From assembly GCA_963715945.1 (NCBI GenBank), contig CAVQSL010000007.1:123997-187996 (forward strand): a stretch of 64,000 nucleotides of DNA, read 5' to 3'. Position 1 is the first letter of the stretch. Every line of letters begins with the position of its first letter. The DNA comes from an uncultured bacterium (GTDB lineage: Bacteria > Fidelibacterota > Marinisomatia > Marinisomatales > JAHJCW01). The notes beneath the pieces were generated by a model. That model was given only the letters and a program-made list of their open reading frames with translations, ran no database searches and was not told where the DNA came from. This document shows, piece by piece, positions 45,201 through 54,401 of the stretch. Made by a program: the position numbers and the translations under genes.

Positions 45201-45465
45201 CGCAAGCGATATTGATATAATAATTCATTTTATAGGCTCAAATGAACAGCGTAAAGATTTAGAAACATGGCTTGATGGCTGGAGCCAAAGTTTAAGCCAA
45301 ATGAATTTTTTGCGTACCGGCTATGAAACTGATGGTCTTCTGGATGTTCATATCCTTACAGACGAGGATATTAAAAATAAAACTAGTTATGCTGTAAAGA
45401 TTGGGGCAATTACCGATGCAGCTAGACCGCTTGAGTTTGGAACTAATATAAAAAGTAATAAATAA
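42280..45465 (+). CDS. Large multidomain protein: sensor-like N-module + PPDK-N ATP-grasp + GRWGS module + C-terminal nucleotidyltransferase
   Basis: 1061-aa intact ORF overlapping the upstream stop by 8 nt. Contains GGKSSGL, IVRSSSILEDRLGAAFAGKYKS, GILIQEVVG, GPGRWGSRGDIKLG...DLSFGTHFF, and a C-terminal GS...DIDI motif (LLGSTKNATAGPASDIDIIIHF). Confidence 0.7.
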   Translation: MNKNKSLDNIIVDLKERAKELSCLYEIQELLSNINAEADEICREMVKVIPAGWQFPEICVVKIKYRGSEYLSENFKETNWYQKSDIVLQDEIVGSINVYYTEERPKLDQGPFLKEERKLINTIAGQFGLFLLHKRLKNVFAKKKQAVSPRKSEWGIILDLLKRTDPKLLIRISRKMLNFLCWSGIKKAEELLQRVNPNYSKNGEIFKEANQPYQKSPTEDILSLSYEIFTIAADNLNQKEVLNNIQKWIKEDRSGFLINTLEDSGSSLTDISNAIERFNHLVPQGLELSSPREISFMVSLIRRVLSDQPDYISIAKKFIDIKDFNKLLNAIIFPVGSHGRLGGKSSGLFLAEQIIKRSSKDNDLLKSIKTPRAWYITSDSLLNFMRYNNLEDVIEQKYKDIGQVRQEYPYVVHVFKNSPFPPELIKDLSSVIDNFGEKPLIVRSSSILEDRLGAAFAGKYKSLFIANQGTKEERLIDLMDAIAEVYASIFGPDPIEYRKEQGLLDYHEEMGILIQEVVGQKVGNYFFPSFAGVALSNNEFRWSNRIKMEDGLVRIVPGLGTRAVDRVSDDYPILMAPGEPNLRVNVTLDEMIRYSPKYIDVINLETSSFETLVIDDLIKNHGKDYPFINNVISILKENHIQHPRAIGTDYAKDNFIVTFEGLITRTPFVKQIHALIINLRNSFEHPIDIEFAHDGKDFYLLQCRTQSQGLASKPAVIPDDIPTEKIIFSANKYVSNGIVSNISHIVYVSPQKYSEITDYQHLVSVGRAIGKLNKILPKRQFILMGPGRWGSRGDIKLGVNVTYSDINNTSILIEIARKQKDYVPDLSFGTHFFQDLVEANIRYLPLYPDDKGNVFNEEFLEHSKNVFIDMLPDFEHIKDVVRVIDIPATADGQIMQILMNAENNKAVSVLTKDVQDFAIESDEKDTIISYEKSEVHWRWRQRNIEGLARQLDPKRFGVKGFYLLGSTKNATAGPASDIDIIIHFIGSNEQRKDLETWLDGWSQSLSQMNFLRTGYETDGLLDVHILTDEDIKNKTSYAVKIGAITDAARPLEFGTNIKSNK

Positions 45466-46332
45466 CTATATTAGTTCCCGCATAGTTTTTTCTGGATGAT
45501 ATTTATCAAATCTAATAAGTGCTAATTCCGGACCGTCGTGAGCAGCTGTATATAAATACGTCTCTTCAACTTTATCTTTCCAAGTTCCTTTTAATCTTGC
45601 TGATTCATGTACATGACCATGCAAAGTTATCGTCGGTTGATTTTTCTTAATAAATCGCTTTACGGCAATGCTTCCAACATGTATATCTAACGGTACATGG
45701 TCAACCATTTTACCATCAAGTGCTGCTCGATCTAAATTAGTTTTGTAGGGTGGCGTATGAAATAGAAATATTGATTTATGTAATTCATTATTTCCAACAA
45801 GTGTTTTTAAATCTTTTTCTATCGTGGAGTATCTTAATTCATGTTTTGATACCTTAACTGAATGCCACCCTTCTTCAGGCGAAACACAGCCTGGGTCGGT
45901 ATAACGTGACACATCATATTTTTCCCAGTCTTTTAATTGAAAGGGTGTTGGTGGTACATAGTTATATCCGTATATTTCAAAATCATCAAATTCTAATTTT
46001 CTTATTATGTATATATTCCCATATACCAACTTGCTTATCATCAATAAAGTCTTTTTCATTAATTTTACTATCATCATTACCGAGGATTAGGAAAACATGA
46101 GGATACTTCTCTCCCAACTTTATTCTTTAAATTAAGAAATTCAAATATCAGGAAGTCTCTGAATGAAATCATCGACTATTGTTTCGTTACTTGTTAGGGC
46201 AAATAAACCGGATGGAAGCAAATCACCACCTAGAAATACAGCTTCGGGTTCTTCAACTAATATTTGGAAGAATAACTTGTTATATCGTTCTATTTTTCCG
46301 TGTAAATCGGAAACAAAAAAACAAATACTCAT
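45466..46332 (-). CDS. Metallophosphoesterase (calcineurin-like), at least one frame break near 46080..46140
   Basis: N-terminal fragment FFVSDLHGK...FLGGDLL and C-terminal ORF with FLFHTPP, LHGHVHES. The fragments lie in different frames. Confidence 0.65.
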
Positions 46333-46466
46333 ATTATAAATTAGTTATGTTTTATATATTAAGACGTAATCTGTTACTGTGGACTAATAAATGAATCATT
46401 TAATTGAATTACCGAATCTTAATGCAGGAACAACTTGATGAAACATGGAAATTCAATTATTTTAAG

Positions 46467-46497
46467 TTGTTTTTGCGTGAGAATCCCGCTAATTTTG
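46467..46497 (+). promoter_or_regulatory. Candidate Bacteroides-type promoter for tRNA-Met (TTG-N20-TAATTTTG)
   Basis: GTTGTTTTTGCGTGAGAATCCCGCTAATTTTG ends 20 nt upstream of the tRNA 5' end. TAATTTTG matches TAnnTTTG exactly. Confidence 0.35.
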
Positions 46498-46516
46498 CGC
46501 CTCTTTTTAGACGAAT

Positions 46517-46593
46517 GGCGGAGTAGCTCAGTTGGTTAGAGCAGCGGAATCATAATCCGCGTGTCGGGGGTTCAAATCCCTCCTCCGCTACCA
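46517..46593 (+). tRNA. tRNA-Met (anticodon CAU), CCA encoded
   Basis: GGCGGAGTAGCTCAGTTGGTTAGAGCAGCGGAATCATAATCCGCGTGTCGGGGGTTCAAATCCCTCCTCCGCTACCA folds as a cloverleaf. An elongator versus tRNA-Ile2 (lysidine) identity cannot be settled by eye. Confidence 0.85.
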
Positions 46594-46712
46594 TAATAAG
46601 CCTTTGATTATAACATGATCAAGGGCTTTATTGTTATCAAAATATGTAAATTGTTTAGAAAATACTTATCCAAATATTTTATAATTTTGGAGGTTCTTAT
46701 TTACAACTTAAA

Positions 46713-49115
46713 ATGATGAAACATCTAAAATACTATCTCGTTCTTATTAATCTTTTTTCAATTTCTTTCAGTGACGATACTTATGATCGTCCAAGGATTG
46801 GCCTAGTTCTTTCAGGTGGAGGTGCTTTAGGATTTGCTCATATTGGGATGCTACAAGTCATCGACTCACTAAATATCCCAATCGATTATATAGCAGGAAC
46901 AAGCATGGGAGGTATTGCGGGTGGATTATATGCTTTAGGTTATAGTGGTAATGATATTGAAATGTTAGTACAAAATATCAATTGGATGGCTATGTTTACA
47001 GACATGCCTGAACGGAATTTGCAATCCTACTTTCAAAAAAAGGATGATGGAAAATATCAATTTACATTTGGATTTGAGAAAGGAAATATTTCCATTCCAA
47101 GCGGATTGATACATGGTCAAAAAATATCAATGTTGTTATCAAATCTCACATATAAATTTGAACAGATTGAGAATTTTGATGATTTACCAATTCCATATCG
47201 ATGTGTCGCTGTTGATCTAATTACTGGAAATGAGGTTATTCTAAAAAGCGGTTCAATATCCAAAGCTCTGCGTTCAACTATGTCTATTCCAAGCGTTTTT
47301 AATCCGGTTGTTTGGGGAGATTCTTTGCTAATTGACGGAGGCCTTCTAAATAATTTACCGGTTGATGTGGCAAAACAGATGGGTGCTGAATTAGTAATTG
47401 CAGTTAATGTTAGCCAGTCCGCGAAATCCTCAACAAATCTCAATTCAGCTTTTGAAATTCTTGATAGATCCATTGCAATACCAGCTATAAAAAGAAGCGA
47501 AGAAAACATTAAGAGTGCCGACATTTATATCGAACCGGAACTATCAGATTACCGGAGAACCGATTTTCGAAATAGAGAAAGAAATAGCATAATCGAACAA
47601 GGTAAAATTGCTGCAAAAAAAGCTATACCTGAACTTTTACAGTTAATGACAGACAATAATATTCTCTTAAAAAGTGTGCAAGTTATTAGTGACAAAGTCG
47701 TAAGGAACATTTACGTTACAGGGAATCATGAATTTTCATCAGATTTTATTCTGAATTTATTAAATATTTCATCGGGCGATAAATTTGACATCTATTCTCT
47801 TGAAACACAGATTGCTTCAATGAAATTAAGCCAATACTTTGAAAGTGTTGAATATGAATTAGTCCAACAAGACGGCGAATATGTTGATATATTCCTTAAA
47901 ATTATTAAGAATATCAGCCCAACAATTTTCCGTGTTTCCGTAAGAGGGAATGAAACTATACCATTTAGTTTTATATATAGATTTCTTGGAATAAATCCTT
48001 CTGATACACTAAATATTGATCTTATTAACGAAAGAATTGATGAACTCTACGGCTTAGGCTATTTTGAGACTATTAATTATGAGATTGAGCCCGTCAATGA
48101 AAATTCTATTCATCTAATTTTTGTAATAAAAGAAGCCTCCCGCAGTTTGCTTCGATTAGGATTCCATTATGATGAAACTTACAAATTCGTTGGCGCTGTA
48201 AATTTGATTAGCACCAAAATACTTATACCAGGATTACGCTTTGAAAGCACTCTACGTTTTTCAGGATTATCAGATTTCAGTTCAAAGTTATATTATCCTA
48301 TTAGATTTAATAATATGTCAGTATATCCCTACTTACAATCTTACCATAAAAATATTCCAATAAATATTTTTGGGACAACTGGTCGAAATATAGCTCAATA
48401 TAGCGAAAAATCTACTTCTTGGAGCGCAGGACTAGGATTTATATCAAAGAAGACTTGGGCAACAGAAATTGAATATAATTCAGAATATATTAAGGTAAAT
48501 CCAGACATATCTTTGCCGGATACTTTACTTTTTCCTTCATGGAATGATAAATTAAATAAACTCCAGATTTCTTCTATAATTGATAGTCGAGATAATGTTT
48601 TTATTCCAAAAAAAGGTTTCATGTTTAACGCAACATTCGAAGGTGGCTTAGAGTTTTTAGAATCAGATGTTCATTATAATAAATTTGAAATTAATTATGA
48701 TTACTATAAAACTTTTTACAAGAGACACACATTTAGACTATTTTCACAACTGGGTTATAGTACAGAAGATCTTCCCATATATAAATGGTTTTATTATGGC
48801 GGCCCGAATAGATTAGTGGGGGCGGAAAAAAATGAACTAAGCTATTATAGAATGTCACTTTTTGGAATTGACTATAGATTTATGCTGACTGATAAATTGT
48901 ATTTAAAAACTATGTTTAATATTGCTCCTAATTATTTGGGAGATTTCTATCCAATAGAAAAAAATGTCATCACCGGTTACGGTTTTGGATTCAAATATCT
49001 CACTTACTTGGGACCAATCGAATTAATTTTTAGCAGAGGTGATAAGATCGCAATTGATCCAAATCCGGAACGGAAGAATTTTATATATCTTAATTTTGGT
49101 TATTATTTGAAATAA
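46713..49115 (+). CDS. Patatin-like phospholipase fused to a POTRA/Omp85 outer-membrane barrel (PlpD-like, type Vd architecture)
   Basis: Signal peptide, oxyanion GGGALG, lipase GTSMGG, catalytic-Asp DGG, then about 480 aa of POTRA-like plus beta-barrel sequence. Confidence 0.75.
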   Translation: MMKHLKYYLVLINLFSISFSDDTYDRPRIGLVLSGGGALGFAHIGMLQVIDSLNIPIDYIAGTSMGGIAGGLYALGYSGNDIEMLVQNINWMAMFTDMPERNLQSYFQKKDDGKYQFTFGFEKGNISIPSGLIHGQKISMLLSNLTYKFEQIENFDDLPIPYRCVAVDLITGNEVILKSGSISKALRSTMSIPSVFNPVVWGDSLLIDGGLLNNLPVDVAKQMGAELVIAVNVSQSAKSSTNLNSAFEILDRSIAIPAIKRSEENIKSADIYIEPELSDYRRTDFRNRERNSIIEQGKIAAKKAIPELLQLMTDNNILLKSVQVISDKVVRNIYVTGNHEFSSDFILNLLNISSGDKFDIYSLETQIASMKLSQYFESVEYELVQQDGEYVDIFLKIIKNISPTIFRVSVRGNETIPFSFIYRFLGINPSDTLNIDLINERIDELYGLGYFETINYEIEPVNENSIHLIFVIKEASRSLLRLGFHYDETYKFVGAVNLISTKILIPGLRFESTLRFSGLSDFSSKLYYPIRFNNMSVYPYLQSYHKNIPINIFGTTGRNIAQYSEKSTSWSAGLGFISKKTWATEIEYNSEYIKVNPDISLPDTLLFPSWNDKLNKLQISSIIDSRDNVFIPKKGFMFNATFEGGLEFLESDVHYNKFEINYDYYKTFYKRHTFRLFSQLGYSTEDLPIYKWFYYGGPNRLVGAEKNELSYYRMSLFGIDYRFMLTDKLYLKTMFNIAPNYLGDFYPIEKNVITGYGFGFKYLTYLGPIELIFSRGDKIAIDPNPERKNFIYLNFGYYLK

Positions 49116-49145
49116 AAAATAAGTAATTAAAAATTTGTTCGATAT

Positions 49146-49180
49146 AAAAAAGGGCTATGAAATCATAGCCCTTTTTTATT
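49146..49180. terminator. Bidirectional rho-independent terminator
   Basis: AAAAAAGGGCTATG-AAAT-CATAGCCCTTTTTT. Confidence 0.75.
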
Positions 49181-49185
49181 TCTAA

Positions 49186-50430
49186 TTACGTAGATAACGC
49201 TTCTCCCCTCTTGATTGGCAGAACAAATAATAAGGCAATGACCAATGTAACTGCACCATACATAAATGCAATTCTGTAATCATTTGAGAATATATCAATA
49301 ATTTTACCGGACAATACCGGTCCAACTATTGCTGAAGCTTGAGATGATAAATAATATAATCCTGTATATGCTCCCAGTCGATCTTGCGGTGCCATATCTA
49401 TGACCATTGGCAACGAATTAACTAATATCATTGACCAGGCAATTCCACTTAATGGTAGCATAATTTTTACTTGCGAAACAGTAGTTATGGTGTATCCATA
49501 GGCGAGCAATATCGCAAATGCGATGATACCAACTATCATTGTACGTTTTCTTCCAACTTTTCCGCCCACATATCCCGCTATCGGAGCAGTAATAATTATG
49601 GCTAAGGAAAAATAAGCCAATAAAAAGGTTGCTTCGCCACTATCAACATCAAGTACATTTACCGCAAATGACGTAAAAAACACCTCCAAGGCGTTGTAAC
49701 CCAAAAACCAGAAGAAAATGGCACCAAGTAGGTATAATGCGGATTTATCGTTGTCTTTTACAATTGTTTTAAAGCTGCCAATCAAGCCCGGCTTACCTTC
49801 CACTGGTACAACAGATTTAGGTTTTGGTTCTTTAATGAATAATACTACAACTGCGCATCCAATTAACATTACTATTCCGCCAAAATAAAATGGTGCTCCA
49901 ACCGATACTTTAAATAAAATTCCACCGACTGCAAATGCGAGCACTCCACCAATTCCACCCATTAAATTTATCATGCCGTTGGCTTGTGAGCGCTTAGGCG
50001 ATGGGGTTATATCCGGCATCAGCGATACAACCGGTGTACGGAAAATATCCATTGCAAATAAGGTTACGAATATTGCTCCCATGAATAATAATAATGAGCC
50101 ACCTAAGAACATCGGAATTCCGATGAAACCTACCAGTGCAAGCGGTGCACCAATCATGATGAATGGTTTACGGCGTCCGAACTTTGTCCAAATTCTATCT
50201 GAGTATGCTCCTACAAAAGGTAATATGAATAATGCTGCAATATTATCGAGAGTCATAATGAATCCGGTAGTATCCGCCCCCATACCAAACCCGACAACTC
50301 CTGCTGTTGAGCTATAATCTGCTCTTCCAGCTTGCAAGAATATTGGTACATATGCATTATATATTCCCCATAATAGGGATACTCCCATAAATCCAAAACC
50401 TAACAATAATAATCTTCTATAACTGAACAT
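49186..50430 (-). CDS. MFS transporter
   Basis: 414-aa ORF with about 12 predicted TM segments and an MFS loop motif (GAYSDRIWTKFGRRKPF). Confidence 0.7.
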   Translation of the reverse strand: MFSYRRLLLLGFGFMGVSLLWGIYNAYVPIFLQAGRADYSSTAGVVGFGMGADTTGFIMTLDNIAALFILPFVGAYSDRIWTKFGRRKPFIMIGAPLALVGFIGIPMFLGGSLLLFMGAIFVTLFAMDIFRTPVVSLMPDITPSPKRSQANGMINLMGGIGGVLAFAVGGILFKVSVGAPFYFGGIVMLIGCAVVVLFIKEPKPKSVVPVEGKPGLIGSFKTIVKDNDKSALYLLGAIFFWFLGYNALEVFFTSFAVNVLDVDSGEATFLLAYFSLAIIITAPIAGYVGGKVGRKRTMIVGIIAFAILLAYGYTITTVSQVKIMLPLSGIAWSMILVNSLPMVIDMAPQDRLGAYTGLYYLSSQASAIVGPVLSGKIIDIFSNDYRIAFMYGAVTLVIALLFVLPIKRGEALST

Positions 50431-50613
50431 ATTTTCTCCTTGGCTTTATCATATTTCGTAATTCATAATTTAGATAACAATTTACATTATTTCAATTCGG
50501 AACTACAATTAATAAGACAATTTCATCATGTTTTATAGTACTTGATATATTTAATAAAATACTTGTATCATTGGACATAATTAATCAACCAAAAAATAAA
50601 CTGGAGTATTTAA

Positions 50614-51162
50614 ATGAAAAAAATAAGTGCGATATTATTCGTTGTTGCATTTGCCTCATCAATGATTTTTGCGCAAGGTGCATTACCGCAAAAAGGAGAT
50701 AAATTTGTAGGTGGCAGATTAGGTCTTGGTTCGTATGGTGCCGGCGTTGGATTTGGTGGTGGTTTTGAACTTGTTACACAAAATGATTTCTTGAATTTAG
50801 GTGATATCCCTGCAAGTTTGGGATTTGGCGCATCTGTTGGATATTCTACATATAAAACTGGATATTGGGGAGGTCATTGGAAATATACAAATATTGTCAT
50901 TTTAGGTGATGTATATTATCATGCCGATGTATTAAAAAATGAAAAAATTGACACTTTTGTTAAATTTAGTCTCGGATATAATGCCGGTAAAGTATCATAT
51001 GACGGAGCCTACGAAGATTGGTATAATGAACCAACTCATGGTGGTATAGTTACAGGTTCTGCAATTGGTGCACGGTATTTCTTTACCCCAGCCCTATCCG
51101 CTGTAGCGGAACTTGGTTATGGATTCGGTATTCTAAGACTCGGTCTTGATTTCGCTTTATAA
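50614..51162 (+). CDS. Small outer-membrane beta-barrel protein (OmpA-like 8-strand / porin family)
   Basis: 182-aa ORF with a signal peptide and Gly/aromatic-rich alternating strands. Confidence 0.5.
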   Translation: MKKISAILFVVAFASSMIFAQGALPQKGDKFVGGRLGLGSYGAGVGFGGGFELVTQNDFLNLGDIPASLGFGASVGYSTYKTGYWGGHWKYTNIVILGDVYYHADVLKNEKIDTFVKFSLGYNAGKVSYDGAYEDWYNEPTHGGIVTGSAIGARYFFTPALSAVAELGYGFGILRLGLDFAL

Positions 51163-51180
51163 AACGTCCATTTAATGAAT

Positions 51181-51208
51181 AAAAAAGGCTCCAATTGGAG
51201 CCTTTTTT
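51181..51208. terminator. Bidirectional rho-independent terminator
   Basis: AAAAAAGGCTCC-AATT-GGAGCCTTTTTT. Confidence 0.75.
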
Positions 51209-51232
51209 ATTATAAAAGAGTTGTTGTATCTG

Positions 51233-52270
51233 CTAATTTAGGAGATCGACTAATGTTGTGTAATTCTTAATCGAATCTTCTAATATTTCAATCTTTTTCA
51301 TATCATCCGAATCTACTAATGGTACCATCTGATCAATTTTCTTGGCAGCTTTGTGAGTATCGGTATGGACTAACAACAATGGTACATTTTTTTCGGATGC
51401 TAAGGCAATAATATTAGGTTGCGGAAGAATATTATTAGTAAGTATTATTCCAACACACTCAGTTTCTATCGCCGCTAAAATCATATCCGACCTGTCACCT
51501 GCAGTTATTATCAATTTATTTTTATTCTTAAATTTTTCCACTCGTTGAGCTGCATCGCCTGACATGGCGCCAACAAATACATCTCTTACTACCTGATCCA
51601 ATGCCTTTTCACCCGATATTACTTTAGCCATCAGCATATCAGATATTAATTGAACTGAAGGGTAAGTTAATTCAGCCTCATATGGTATAACGCCAAGTAT
51701 ATTGATTCCAATTTTATTTAAAATGTCTTCATACACCATTTTAAAATCATCTACATCCTTAACTTTATTAACTACGACTCCGGCAAAATCTATTCCCTTT
51801 AGGCTTGTATGTTGTTTGAAATAGAGGAGATCATCGGCAATATCATCACTATCTCCGCTGACTACAACAATTAGTTTTGCGTCTGCGGCTTTAGCAATTG
51901 TTAGGGCATCTAAGTTTACAGTCACACCATGCATTATATTTTTACCGCTTTCAATAAACAATACATCGGTATCCGATGGAACTTCGTTTATCGAGGATTT
52001 AATTTTCTCTATTATATTGATTTCATCGTACATATATCTCAACTTTGAATGATCAAAACCTAAGGTCATTCCCTCTGGACTTTCTTCGATGTTGAATATC
52101 TTTGAGATTACAGCAGCGTCATAGTCCCACAAACGTTTTTTTCGATAAAGTAAACGGTCACCGAATGGCTTTAGATAACCGATCTTCTTGTTTACAATTT
52201 TCCCTAAACCTATTATAATACCTGTTTTACCGGCATTTTTGTTTAAAGATGTAAAAATAAATTTTTTCAT
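51233..52270 (-). CDS. BioD-like P-loop + DRTGG domain protein (homologous to the N-terminal regulatory half of long Pta)
   Basis: 345-aa ORF. The N-terminus reads NKNAGKTGIIIGLG, and a DRTGG-like segment reads IITAGDRSDMILAAIE. Its start overlaps the upstream stop. Confidence 0.6.
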   Translation of the reverse strand: MKKFIFTSLNKNAGKTGIIIGLGKIVNKKIGYLKPFGDRLLYRKKRLWDYDAAVISKIFNIEESPEGMTLGFDHSKLRYMYDEINIIEKIKSSINEVPSDTDVLFIESGKNIMHGVTVNLDALTIAKAADAKLIVVVSGDSDDIADDLLYFKQHTSLKGIDFAGVVVNKVKDVDDFKMVYEDILNKIGINILGVIPYEAELTYPSVQLISDMLMAKVISGEKALDQVVRDVFVGAMSGDAAQRVEKFKNKNKLIITAGDRSDMILAAIETECVGIILTNNILPQPNIIALASEKNVPLLLVHTDTHKAAKKIDQMVPLVDSDDMKKIEILEDSIKNYTTLVDLLN

Positions 52271-54399
52271 TATTTTGTTCCTTCACTTTGTGATAACATC
52301 ACTCTAATATCTACTGCTTTAACTCCATTTTCTTGTTCATAGACCATTAATGGATTAATCTCAATATCTGTAATTCTTGGACAATTTTGCAAGATATAAC
52401 CAACTCTATAAATAGTATTAATAATTTTTTCAATATCTTTTCGTGGCTCACCACGAACGCCTAATAATAGTGGAAACGACTTAATTTCTTCAACCATTAA
52501 GCGCGTTTCACGATAACTTACAGGCAATGCCCTGAAAGAAACATCTTTCATTACTTCTACATAAATTCCACCTAAACCGAACATTATTATTGGTCCGAAT
52601 GCTTTATCCCTTCTTCCACCAATAATCACTTCCGTACCGGGTTTTACCTGCTCAACAACCTCAATTCCGTCTATAACAGCATTTGATTTGAAAGCTTTGC
52701 AATTATGAATAATAGCTTGATAGGCGTCCAAAACTTCTTCTTTATTATCTAGATCCAACAGAACTCCACCCACATCACTTTTATGCAAGATGTCCCGCGA
52801 CACAACTTTCATTACAACCGGATATCCAATATCCTCAGCAATTTCAACTGCTTGTTTTATATTATGTGCAATTCCACTCTTAGGACCTGATAATCCTGCA
52901 ATATTTAGTAATTCTTGCCCCTCATCTGCTAACAGAAATTCTCTGCCATCACTCAATGCCTTGTCAACTATTGATGATATTTTGTTTATAGATACTTTTG
53001 GTATTCTTTCTTCGCCATCTACAACATGAGCATGACGGAATTGCGTATATGAAACTCCCAAACATGATACAGCATCATATACATCGCGAAAAACAGGTAC
53101 ATTGTCTTTTGAAAGAACAGTAATTACCCTTTCCGTCATTTCTCCTCCAAATATAGAAAAAATGATGGGTTTTTTATTGTTTTCGTATTTTTTATATATA
53201 GTTCTGATCATGCTTGTCAGCGACTCAGCATCAATCATCGCCGTTTCACAAAATAACGCTAAAACTGATTTAATCTGTTTATCGCCTAAAGCAACATTTA
53301 ATGCATGTTCATATTCTGCAGAACTTGCTTCACCAGTTAAATCAATTGGATTTTTCGTCGATCCAAATCCATGTGTAACATCTGAGAATAAATTATTTAA
53401 ATATTGAGTATCTTCAAATAATCTAATATTGTATTTCTCACAGGCATCTGTCGTTAATACTCCCACACCACCTCCATTAGTTATGATAACAGTATTTTCA
53501 CCAGTAGGAATTGGAGCTGTAGATAGATATTTACACCAATCAAGAGCTTGTTGGATATTTTCAGCCCGTAAAACTCCACACTGCCTCATAATTGCATCAA
53601 ATATTTCATCAGCCCCAGCTAAAGAGCCAGTATGGGATGCGGCGGCAATGGCACCACGCTTAGAGCGACCTGATTTAATAACGACAATTGGTTTTTTCTT
53701 TGTCGCTTCCTTTAGTACTTTTACTAATCGTTCACCTTTTTGAATACCTTCAATATACATTAAGATGCTTTTTGTATCATCTTGTTCGACTAAATATTCA
53801 ACTAAATCAGCTTCATCAATATCTGATTTATTACCGACAGAAATAATTGACGATAAACCGATATTTTGTACGGCAGTTTTGCCTATCATGGCAACTCCCA
53901 AAGCACCGCTTTGGGTAATAATAGCAACATTTCCTTTGGGGATATTGGTGGGTCCAAAGGTTGCATTTAGTGATACTTTTGCAGAATAATGTCCAAATAT
54001 ATTAGGACCAAGAATTCTAATTCCATGTTCGATTGCAAATGAATGGATTTTTCTCTCTTCTTCTAAATTGCCAACTTCAGAAAATCCAGAACTGATAATT
54101 GTGACTACTTTGATATTTTTCTTGGCACAAGCTTTTAAAGCTTCAAAAACTAACTTTGCAGGCAACACAATAGAGGCCATATCAACCTCACCTGGAATAT
54201 CTTCAAGAGAGGAATAGACTTTTTGACCTAATAGTTCTTCGGCACCAGGGTTGATAGGATATATTTTTCCTAAAAATCCAACCGAAACGATGTTATTTAG
54301 AATTTTATAACCAACTTTACTCGGATTTGTGGAAGCACCAATTATTGCAATTGAACGGGGCTCAAAAAGTTTTTTCATAGCTGAATATTTCTTTGTCAC
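52270..54399 (-). CDS. ADP-forming acyl/acetyl-CoA synthetase (fused alpha-beta, NDP-forming family)
   Basis: 709-aa ORF with a CoA-binding N-domain (SIAIIGASTNPSKVGY), a phosphohistidine loop (ASHTGSLAG) and a C-terminal ATP-grasp. Confidence 0.8.
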   Translation of the reverse strand: MTKKYSAMKKLFEPRSIAIIGASTNPSKVGYKILNNIVSVGFLGKIYPINPGAEELLGQKVYSSLEDIPGEVDMASIVLPAKLVFEALKACAKKNIKVVTIISSGFSEVGNLEEERKIHSFAIEHGIRILGPNIFGHYSAKVSLNATFGPTNIPKGNVAIITQSGALGVAMIGKTAVQNIGLSSIISVGNKSDIDEADLVEYLVEQDDTKSILMYIEGIQKGERLVKVLKEATKKKPIVVIKSGRSKRGAIAAASHTGSLAGADEIFDAIMRQCGVLRAENIQQALDWCKYLSTAPIPTGENTVIITNGGGVGVLTTDACEKYNIRLFEDTQYLNNLFSDVTHGFGSTKNPIDLTGEASSAEYEHALNVALGDKQIKSVLALFCETAMIDAESLTSMIRTIYKKYENNKKPIIFSIFGGEMTERVITVLSKDNVPVFRDVYDAVSCLGVSYTQFRHAHVVDGEERIPKVSINKISSIVDKALSDGREFLLADEGQELLNIAGLSGPKSGIAHNIKQAVEIAEDIGYPVVMKVVSRDILHKSDVGGVLLDLDNKEEVLDAYQAIIHNCKAFKSNAVIDGIEVVEQVKPGTEVIIGGRRDKAFGPIIMFGLGGIYVEVMKDVSFRALPVSYRETRLMVEEIKSFPLLLGVRGEPRKDIEKIINTIYRVGYILQNCPRITDIEINPLMVYEQENGVKAVDIRVMLSQSEGTK

Positions 54400-54401
54400 T
54401 A

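Noticed and set aside
45085-49115. Possible CBASS-like defence pairing, with a nucleotidyltransferase domain and a patatin phospholipase within ~2 kb.
   Set aside because: The NTase is a minimal MNT/Pol-beta type at the end of a 1061-aa ATP-grasp protein, not a cGAS/DncV-like CD-NTase. The patatin has a signal peptide and is fused to POTRA/Omp85 (PlpD-like), not a cytosolic CapV. The two are separated by an opposite-strand phosphoesterase and a tRNA gene.
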